A stretch of DNA of 63,393 nucleotides from positions 1 through 63,393 of the forward strand of contig JBKHYG010000017.1 in assembly GCA_046565595.1 (NCBI GenBank), written 5' to 3'. This DNA comes from Actinomycetota bacterium. Lineage in GTDB: Bacteria; Actinomycetota; AC-67. The notes under the pieces were generated by a model. It was not told where the DNA came from, did no database searches, and saw only the letters and a program-made list of their open reading frames with translations. Shown here piece after piece: positions 26,367-33,369 of the stretch. The number at the start of each line of letters is the position of its first letter. Position 1 is the first letter of the stretch. Both the position numbers and the translations under genes were made by a program.

Positions 26367-27749
26367 ATGGACGATCGGTTCAAGACGATCATCGAGCCGT
26401 TCAGGATCAAGAGCGTCGAACCGATCCGCCACACCACAGTCGAACAGCGTCGCGCAGCCCTAGAGGCTGTCGGTTGGAATCCGTTCGGTCTGCACGCAGA
26501 GGATGTGTTGATCGACCTGTTGACCGACTCGGGGACCGGTGCGATGTCCTCGGGTCAATGGGCGGGCATGATGCGCGGCGACGAGTCTTACGCAGGCTCC
26601 CCCTCTTACTTCCGCTTCGAGCGGGCGGTCAAGGAGATCACAGGCTTCGATCAGATCATCCCCACGCACCAGGGTCGCGCCGCGGAACGCATCCTCTTCG
26701 CCGAGGTCTGCTCCGTCGGATCGGTGGTTCCCAACAACACGCACTTCGATACGACCCGGGCCAATGTCGAACATGAGGGAGCCGAGGCGCGGGATCTGGT
26801 GCGCGCGATCGGGCGAGACCCCGCCGCCTTCGATGACTTCAAGGGCAACATCGACCTCGAGGCGCTCGAAGCGACGCTACAGACGGACGGCGACAAGGTT
26901 CCGCTTGTGATGGTCACCGTGACGAACAACTCGGGTGGAGGGCAGCCGGTCTCGCTGGAGAACCTGCGAGGCGTGCGCGAACTGTGTGACAGGTACGGCA
27001 AGCCGTTCTTCCTGGACGCGTGCCGCTTCGCAGAGAACGCCTGGTTCATCAAGCAACGGGAGCCTGGCCAGCAGGATCGCTCGCCGAAGGAGATCGCGCA
27101 GGAGATGTTCTCGCTCGCGGACGGAGCGACCTTCAGCGCGAAGAATGACGGCCTCGCGAACATCGGCGGCTTCCTGGCGATGAACGACACCGAGTTGGCA
27201 GGACGCTGTCGCGCCAACCTGATCCTCACCGAAGGCTTCCCCACCTACGGTGGCTTGGCCGGATACGACCTGGAAGCGATCGCGGTAGGACTACACGAGG
27301 TCTTGGACCCCGACTACCTGCGGTACCGCACCCGTAGCGTCGAGTACCTGTGGGAACGCTGCCGGGCCGCTGGTGTTCCAACGCTCAACCCTCCCGGCGG
27401 ACACGCGGTTTACCTGGATGCGAAGGCGATGTTGCCGCACATCCCGCCGGCAGAGTTCCCCGCCTGGTCGCTGTCGTGCGAGTTCTACCTGGAGGGCGGG
27501 GTCCGCAGCGTCGAGATCGGCTCTGTCATGTTCGGCAAGGTCCTGCCCGACGGGAGCGAGACCCCAGCACCTATGGAGTTGGTCCGGCTCGCCATCCCTC
27601 GTCGCGTGTACACGCAGTCGCATGTCGACTACACCGCAGAAGTGGTTGCCTTGGTCGCCGATAGGGCGAGCGAGCTACGCGGTTACAGGATCGTCGAACA
27701 GGCCCCTTGGCTCCGGCACTTCACGGCTCGGTTCGAACCGCTGAGGTGA
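26367..27749 (+). CDS. beta-eliminating lyase family protein, tryptophanase-like (tryptophanase/tyrosine phenol-lyase family)
   Basis: 'EPFRIKSVEP', 'DLLTDSGTGAMS', 'PTHQGRAAE', 'LVRLAIPRRVYTQSHVD', and the C-terminal 'LRHFTARF' (TnaA-like RHF). ATG 26367 has SD GGAAGG 5 nt upstream. The alternative GTG 26361 overlaps the aroG stop. Confidence 0.9.
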   Translation: MDDRFKTIIEPFRIKSVEPIRHTTVEQRRAALEAVGWNPFGLHAEDVLIDLLTDSGTGAMSSGQWAGMMRGDESYAGSPSYFRFERAVKEITGFDQIIPTHQGRAAERILFAEVCSVGSVVPNNTHFDTTRANVEHEGAEARDLVRAIGRDPAAFDDFKGNIDLEALEATLQTDGDKVPLVMVTVTNNSGGGQPVSLENLRGVRELCDRYGKPFFLDACRFAENAWFIKQREPGQQDRSPKEIAQEMFSLADGATFSAKNDGLANIGGFLAMNDTELAGRCRANLILTEGFPTYGGLAGYDLEAIAVGLHEVLDPDYLRYRTRSVEYLWERCRAAGVPTLNPPGGHAVYLDAKAMLPHIPPAEFPAWSLSCEFYLEGGVRSVEIGSVMFGKVLPDGSETPAPMELVRLAIPRRVYTQSHVDYTAEVVALVADRASELRGYRIVEQAPWLRHFTARFEPLR

Positions 27750-28198
27750 TCAGTCTTTGGTCATCTGGCGGCGATCCTCTTCGAGGATGAGTTCGTGCTT
27801 GCCTGCCATCTTGCTGCGCCAACGCATCGCCTGAGAAGACATCGACCTACCGGCGGCTCGGACATTCTTGCCTCGGGTCGCGTAGAACGCTGAAGAACCC
27901 CGTGCGATCCCGAGCTGGTCGACCTGGTCGAGGACAACTTCGTCTCCATCGACGCGAGCGTGTGGCCGATCGCATCCAGCAGCGGCGTTCCGCCGCGAGG
28001 GATGTAGGTCTCGCGCGTCAACGGCGTGGCCTCTTGGATGGGGATCGAGTCGTAGATCGTCTCGATCCCCTCGGTGTCGAACTGGACGAGCGTCAGCAGC
28101 GTCCGTCCCTGTTGATTCTTGAGGTCGTCAACGAAGGTATTGAAGGAGCCGATCGTGTCGTCGCGGATGCTGCCCATGGATCCTGAGCGGTCATCACC
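27750..28198 (-). pseudogene. degraded VWA (von Willebrand A)-domain gene remnant
   Basis: Frame 1 reads '..GDDRSGSMGSIRDDTIGSFNTFVDDLKNQQGRTLLTLVQFD..YIPRGGTPLLDAIGHTL' (MIDAS DxSxS plus VWA core) with no usable start codon upstream of the motif. From about 27955 the plausible protein continues in another frame ('..AFYATRGKNVRAAGRSMSSQAMRW..MTKD*'). The total length is too short for a VWA domain. Confidence 0.35.
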
Positions 28199-28239
28199 CC
28201 TTTGAAACCCAGCGTGACTGTCAGTTTTCCCGGGAAACG

Positions 28240-28270
28240 AGAGAGCCACCGCATGCAGCGGTGGCTCTCT
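28240..28270 (-). terminator. hairpin terminator after the 501-codon secreted-protein gene
   Basis: Perfect 13-bp stem agagagccaccgc/gcggtggctctct with loop atgca, 17 nt downstream of the stop at 28287. On the transcribed strand it is followed by CGTTTCCC. Confidence 0.65.
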
Positions 28271-28286
28271 GGGATCGGGCGAGGTT

Positions 28287-29789
28287 CTAGCGTTCGATCG
28301 CTGATACCTCAACCGGGTTGTCGTGGCGCTGCTGAACGGCAGCTCCCACATTCGGGGTGTTCGGGCCGGTCAGGTAGTGCTCCTGGCGGATGATGTTCTC
28401 GATCAGCGGGCTGAGACCGGCTTCGCCTGTCGGGCCGGGGCCGTCGCTGTCATCCGCGAGGTGGGCGTGCATACCGAACGAACCGCAGGCACCCTGCGCC
28501 CCTTCGGGCAGTGAACCGGTCCGGTCGTTGTAACTGTGGTCATCGCGGTAGTAGCCGCTGACCAGTCCACGGACAGGCTTGGGCTGACTCCACACGCCGA
28601 CCCAACCGCCGTTAGGACCCGAGATCTGTTCCCACTGGGTTCCCACCGGCGGCACGATCAGGTCTGCTCGCGGCGAGTAGAAGAGCGGGTACTGGTGAGC
28701 GAAGTCGTCACGGATGTCGCCTACCGGATCCGGCACACCATCGACCGGAACGCCCTGCTCGTTCAGGCTGTTGTAGAAGGTCCAGTCGCCCTTACTGCAG
28801 TCCATATCCCAGTAGCCGTAGAAGCCTTCCGGAGGCATCGGGTGCAGGTGCAGCACGAACTCCTGACGGAAGGTGTTCGGGTAGGCGATGATCGTCCGCG
28901 TCACGTTCGTTCCCGAAGCGGCGCCATTGGTGGCGCGGATCACTCGAACGGGACCGACGATCGTGCCGAGCATGGTCGAGTGCTGAGACCAGTACCACTC
29001 GGTCTGGGACGAGCCGTCTCCGGCGTAGGCGCGACCCTTCCAGCGGTCGATCACATCGGGGCCCAGACCGTTGGTAGCCAGCAGGCGCTCCTCGGGGGTG
29101 CCGGTCGCGTCATTGGCGCCTGTGCGGATCCGGATCGAGTCGATGCCCCAGCGGCTGTCGAAGTGCATCTGGTAGCCGGTGGTCGCGATCAGGTCGTTGC
29201 GGTTGTAGCCGCTTTCCTTGTTACACGGGATGTCTGCGGAGTTGTCCGGATCGTCGGACTGGTAGGTCACATACGGATCCGGTGCGGCGGCGGTCGCGCC
29301 CGTGACCAAGCTGACCCACGCTTGCTGCTTGGTCACCGGGTCGGTCACCTGCAGATCCGTGCGCGCGGTGGCGCCGTCCGGGAGTTCAGACTCTGGAGCC
29401 AGCTGACCTGCGTCACCCAGCATGAAGACGAGTTCATCGTCGGCGTCGAAGCCGTTGGTCTCTTGGCCGTCGTAGTCGTAGGTGTTCTGAACATCCGCAC
29501 CCGAGTACGCGTTGAAGAAGCCGCAACCGGCGAGACGCACGTCGCGGCGCTCATCGATCTGGCTGGGGATCCGACGCCATTCGGAGCCGTTCCACGAGTG
29601 TGCGGTGATGTCCTCGACGGGGACGCCTTGGAGCCTGCTGCCCAGGATCCCGAAGATGTCCGCGCCGGTTACGACGACGGGCTCTCCGGAGCGATCGCTG
29701 GTCAGCTCCGTTGCTTGCGTGGGGGTGGTGATGAGGGTGCTTGTCAGCGCCGTCGCGAGCACCGCCCCGATGATGGTTGATCGTTTCAT
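28287..29789 (-). CDS. secreted protein, function unknown
   Basis: Start at 'MKRSTIIGAVLATALTSTLITTPTQA' (ATG 29789, SD GGGAGGAAC). 500 aa, rich in D/G/Y/W. No family recognised. Confidence 0.7.
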   Translation of the reverse strand: MKRSTIIGAVLATALTSTLITTPTQATELTSDRSGEPVVVTGADIFGILGSRLQGVPVEDITAHSWNGSEWRRIPSQIDERRDVRLAGCGFFNAYSGADVQNTYDYDGQETNGFDADDELVFMLGDAGQLAPESELPDGATARTDLQVTDPVTKQQAWVSLVTGATAAAPDPYVTYQSDDPDNSADIPCNKESGYNRNDLIATTGYQMHFDSRWGIDSIRIRTGANDATGTPEERLLATNGLGPDVIDRWKGRAYAGDGSSQTEWYWSQHSTMLGTIVGPVRVIRATNGAASGTNVTRTIIAYPNTFRQEFVLHLHPMPPEGFYGYWDMDCSKGDWTFYNSLNEQGVPVDGVPDPVGDIRDDFAHQYPLFYSPRADLIVPPVGTQWEQISGPNGGWVGVWSQPKPVRGLVSGYYRDDHSYNDRTGSLPEGAQGACGSFGMHAHLADDSDGPGPTGEAGLSPLIENIIRQEHYLTGPNTPNVGAAVQQRHDNPVEVSAIER

Positions 29790-29886
29790 GGTTCCTCCCG
29801 TGCCCCTGTCGAGGCTCTCCACGAGAGGATTCCCGGTCGGACGGTCGGAATCCTTCCCGGCGGCGTCGGACGGTTATCGTCCGGGC

Positions 29887-30591
29887 ATGGTCATCGTGCG
29901 CCGTGACGCTGAGATCCACCGAGAGGACGGCGGGTGGTTCAGCGCGCGCTGGCACTTCAGCTTCGATCGGTATCACGACCCGGAGAACATGGGTTGGGGT
30001 GCGCTCCGTGTCTTCAACGACGACCGTCTCATCGAGGGAGCTACTTGGCCGATGCACCCGCATCGGGATGTCGAGGGCATCACCTATGTCGTCGAAGGCA
30101 CCTTCGAACATGCGGACTCGCTAAGCAACGGTGGAGTGCTGCCGGCGGGATCGGTGCAGAGGATGACCTTGGGCCGGGGGGCCTGGCACTCTGAGTCCAA
30201 CCACTCCAGGACAGAGCCGATGCGCTTCCTCCAACTCTGGATCCTGCCCGACCGCACGGATCTCGAGCCAGAGGTCGAGCAGAAGATCTTCACGCTCGAA
30301 GATCGCACTGACCGGCTGCTGTGCGTACTGAACCCCGATGGATCGGGTGGCGCTCTCAAGGTTCACCGAGACTCATCCATGTTCATCTCACGGATGAACG
30401 CGGGACTAGAGCTCGAGCATCGTTTCGCGGCCGGACGCGGCGGTTACCTCTATCTCATCTCTGGAGAGTTGCTCTTGGGGCCCGAGCGACTTTCCACCGG
30501 CGACGCCGCCAAGATCGCCGGTGAGTCTTCCATATCGCTTCATGCCGAAGATGTGTGCGAACTGGTCCTGGTCGATGTGAGCCTGCCGTGA
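29887..30591 (+). CDS. pirin family protein (bicupin)
   Basis: Start at 'MVIVRRDAEIH' (the longer ORF from 29512 runs antisense through the neighbouring gene). Cupin metal motif 'WPMHPHRDVEGITYVVEG..H'. Confidence 0.9.
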   Translation: MVIVRRDAEIHREDGGWFSARWHFSFDRYHDPENMGWGALRVFNDDRLIEGATWPMHPHRDVEGITYVVEGTFEHADSLSNGGVLPAGSVQRMTLGRGAWHSESNHSRTEPMRFLQLWILPDRTDLEPEVEQKIFTLEDRTDRLLCVLNPDGSGGALKVHRDSSMFISRMNAGLELEHRFAAGRGGYLYLISGELLLGPERLSTGDAAKIAGESSISLHAEDVCELVLVDVSLP

Positions 30592-31532
30592 GCCTGCGCA
30601 TCGAGGAGTGGCACTCATCCGAGCTCGGCAAACCGCCGGGGTTGGATGCGTTGGTCGCTGCGGCGATCGAAGCGGATGGCCGTAAGCCGATAGACGAGTC
30701 AGCGCTCGCAGAACTGAAGGCGGGCGCACCGGAGATGCCTCATGCCGCATTCGTGGCGAGAGATGCCGAAGGTCTGATCGGTTACGCACACGTGTCCTTC
30801 CGGGCGACGCGGCATGGTTGGCGGACCGACCTGGTCGTCCATCCGCGCGCACGCCACGAAGGCGTCGGATCGGAACTGACCCGCAAGGTCTTCGACCATG
30901 TGGCATGGGACGGTGGCGGAACGCTGCACCTGTGGGTTCCGTCGGATGCGACCTCGAGCAAACTCGCGGAACGGTTCGGCTTCGTTCCGGTGCGCCGACT
31001 GCACCAGCAGCACGCCGCGCTTCCTGCACCGACCTTCCCTGCTCCTTACGGGATCGAGATCCGTCCCTTCTCTGACCCCGACCGGGATGCCTGGCTGCGC
31101 ACCCACAATCTGGCGTTCGGCGATCATCCCGATGCCGGTGGATGGAGCGATGCCGACTTCGAATGGCGGACCAGGGAGCCGTGGTTCGATGCGGATGGAC
31201 TCCGTCTCGCATACGACGAGCAAGGCCAGATGCTCGGATCTTGCTGGATGAAGATCCACGACCATTCCGATCCTGCTCATGACCTGAGCGACACCACCTC
31301 GAAGAGGGTGGCGGAGATCTACATGATGGGAGTCGCACCACAGGCCAGAGGCCGGGGCCTGGCTCCGGCCCTCGCATCTGACGGGCTGGCTTGGGGGGTT
31401 TCGAAGGGCGCTGACCGGGCCATGCTCTATGTGGACGAGTCCAACGCTCCTGCCATGCGGCTCTATCGCGGATTCGGCTTCCAGACCACCGCCATCCAGG
31501 TGTGCCTAGAGGTCGAGATACCGGCCAGATAG
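30588..31532 (+). CDS. mshD: mycothiol synthase-like tandem-GNAT acetyltransferase
   Basis: GTG 30588 overlaps the pirin stop (GTGA). There are two GNAT cores ('LVVHPRARHEGVGSEL', 'MMGVAPQARGRGLAPAL') and the tail 'NAPAMRLYRGFGF', as in MshD. Confidence 0.75.
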   Translation: MSLRIEEWHSSELGKPPGLDALVAAAIEADGRKPIDESALAELKAGAPEMPHAAFVARDAEGLIGYAHVSFRATRHGWRTDLVVHPRARHEGVGSELTRKVFDHVAWDGGGTLHLWVPSDATSSKLAERFGFVPVRRLHQQHAALPAPTFPAPYGIEIRPFSDPDRDAWLRTHNLAFGDHPDAGGWSDADFEWRTREPWFDADGLRLAYDEQGQMLGSCWMKIHDHSDPAHDLSDTTSKRVAEIYMMGVAPQARGRGLAPALASDGLAWGVSKGADRAMLYVDESNAPAMRLYRGFGFQTTAIQVCLEVEIPAR

Positions 31533-31611
31533 CGGCTTGGGGGTAGGTGTCGTTACTCGATAGGCTGCTACCGGCTCGGACGAGCCCCCAACCTCGATCG
31601 GAAAGGCACCC

Positions 31612-33318
31612 ATGTCCCTCATCGCTCCCTACGGCGGCACGCTCTGTGATCTCGTCGTTGACCCCTCTCGCGCAGGCGAACTCAAGGCCGAGTCCACCGA
31701 ACTCGCTTCTTGGGATCTGACGCCCCGGCAGGTCTGCGACATCGAGCTGCTGCTGAACGGCTCATTCAGTCCGCTGCGCGGCTACATGACCGAAGCCGAT
31801 TGGAAGAGCGTGTGCGAGAACATGCGCCTAGCCGACGGGACGCTCTGGCCGCTGCCGATCACGCTCGACGTCTCTGAGGAGTTCGCCGAGAAGGCCGCGC
31901 CAGGTGCGCGTGTCGCGCTGCGCGATCCCGAGGGTGTCGTGCTGGCGATCCTGACCGTCAGCGACCGTTGGACGCCGGACCGCGAGTGGGAAGCCGAGAC
32001 CGTGTTCGGCTCGAAGGATGTTCGTCACCCGGGTGCCCAGGCGATGGTCAACGCCAACCCGGTCTACCTCGGCGGGACGCTCGAGGGTCTCGAGCTCCCC
32101 CACCACTACGACTTCAAGCAGCTGCGCAACACGCCGGCAGAACTGCGCGAACACTTCGAGAAGCGCGGCTGGAGCAAGGTCGTCGCCTTCCAGACGCGCA
32201 ACCCGCTGCACCGTGCGCACTACGAACTGACGCGCCGCGCAGCCGAGGAGACGGGCGCCGGCCTGCTGATCCACCCGGTCGTCGGGTTGACCAAGCCCGG
32301 CGATGTCGACCACTACACGCGCGTCCGCTGCTACGAAGCGCTGCTCCCCCGCTATCCCGAGGGCACCGTCGAGTTGTCGCTGTTGAACCTCGCGATGCGC
32401 ATGGGCGGTCCTCGCGAAGCGATCCTGCATGCGATCATCCGCCGCAACCATGGAGTCACGCACTTCATCGTCGGCCGCGACCACGCGGGCCCTGGCAAGG
32501 ACTCGCAGGGCAACGACTTCTACGGTCCTTACGACGCGCAGGAACTGGTCATCAAGTGCCAAGAAGAACTCGGCGTCGAGATGGTGCCTTTCAAGCTGAT
32601 GGTCTATGTCCCGGGCAAGGACGAGTACTACCCGGTCGATGAGGTGCCAGAGGGCGAAGAGACCGCCAACATCTCGGGTACCGAACAGCGCGAGCTGCTC
32701 GCGGCCGGAGCTGAGATCCCCGAGTGGTTCAGCTTCCCGGAAGTCGTCGAGGAGTTGCGTAAGACCTCGCCGCCGCGCTCGGAGCAGGGCGTCACCGTCT
32801 TCTTCACCGGCCTGTCGGGTTCCGGAAAGTCGACGATCGCGAACATCCTGTTGGCCAAGCTGCTCGAGCAGGGCGGTCGCCAGATCACGCTGCTCGATGG
32901 CGACCTGGTCCGGAAGCACCTGTCCAAGGGCCTCGGATTCAGCAAGGAAGACCGCGACACGAACATCCTGCGGATCGGGTGGGTCGCCGCAGAGGTGACC
33001 CGCCACGGCGGGATCGCTGTCTGCGCACCGATCGCTCCCTACGAGGCGACACGCTCTGAGGTGCGTCGCATGGTCGAGGAGGGCGGCGGCTTCATCCTCG
33101 TTCATGTCGCCACCCCTCTCGAGGAGTGCGAGAAGCGGGACCGCAAGGGGCTCTACGCGCAGGCACGCGCGGGCAAGATCAAGGGCTTCACCGGTATCGA
33201 CGATCCTTACGAGGAGCCGACGGACGCTCAGATCGTGCTCACGACGGTTGACGAGACCGCCGAGCAGTCGGCCGACCGCGTACTCGACTATCTGAGGTCC
33301 GAGGGCTACCTAGCCTGA
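31612..33318 (+). CDS. bifunctional sulfate adenylyltransferase (ATP sulfurylase) / adenylylsulfate kinase
   Basis: The N-terminal Sat domain has 'FQTRNPLHRAHYELT' and 'GPREAILHAIIRRNHG'. The C-terminal APS kinase has the P-loop 'FTGLSGSGKSTIA', 'LDGDLVRKHL' and 'KGFTGIDDPYE'. Confidence 0.93.
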   Translation: MSLIAPYGGTLCDLVVDPSRAGELKAESTELASWDLTPRQVCDIELLLNGSFSPLRGYMTEADWKSVCENMRLADGTLWPLPITLDVSEEFAEKAAPGARVALRDPEGVVLAILTVSDRWTPDREWEAETVFGSKDVRHPGAQAMVNANPVYLGGTLEGLELPHHYDFKQLRNTPAELREHFEKRGWSKVVAFQTRNPLHRAHYELTRRAAEETGAGLLIHPVVGLTKPGDVDHYTRVRCYEALLPRYPEGTVELSLLNLAMRMGGPREAILHAIIRRNHGVTHFIVGRDHAGPGKDSQGNDFYGPYDAQELVIKCQEELGVEMVPFKLMVYVPGKDEYYPVDEVPEGEETANISGTEQRELLAAGAEIPEWFSFPEVVEELRKTSPPRSEQGVTVFFTGLSGSGKSTIANILLAKLLEQGGRQITLLDGDLVRKHLSKGLGFSKEDRDTNILRIGWVAAEVTRHGGIAVCAPIAPYEATRSEVRRMVEEGGGFILVHVATPLEECEKRDRKGLYAQARAGKIKGFTGIDDPYEEPTDAQIVLTTVDETAEQSADRVLDYLRSEGYLA

Positions 33319-33369
33319 GCCGACTGTCTTAGATGAGCGCGGCCGCGTGCTCCGTCTAGCCTGGCGCGC

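Noticed and set aside
27761-28351. 196-aa ORF treated as an intact gene
   Set aside because: Its first ~30 codons overlap the upstream gene and read through a perfect 13-bp terminator hairpin. Its last ~60 codons look out of frame. It is reported instead as a probable VWA pseudogene.
28536-29780. 414-aa plus-strand ORF antisense to the secreted-protein gene
   Set aside because: It is a Val/Arg/Gly/Asp-rich shadow frame. The minus-strand ORF has an SD, a signal peptide and its own terminator.
29512-29886. 125-aa N-terminal extension of the pirin ORF (ORF track 29512-30591)
   Set aside because: It runs antisense through the start of the divergent secreted-protein gene and has a shadow-like composition. 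Pirin homology begins at 'MVIVRRDAEIH'.
31828-33105. 425-aa minus-strand ORF antisense to the Sat-CysC gene. Comparable shadows lie at 20567-21643, 30406-31377, 33432-34643, 43024-44205, 51626-53317 and 61558-62682.
   Set aside because: All overlap genes with unambiguous conserved motifs on the opposite strand or in another frame. All have Arg/Asp/Gly/His-rich compositions characteristic of non-coding frames in high-GC DNA.
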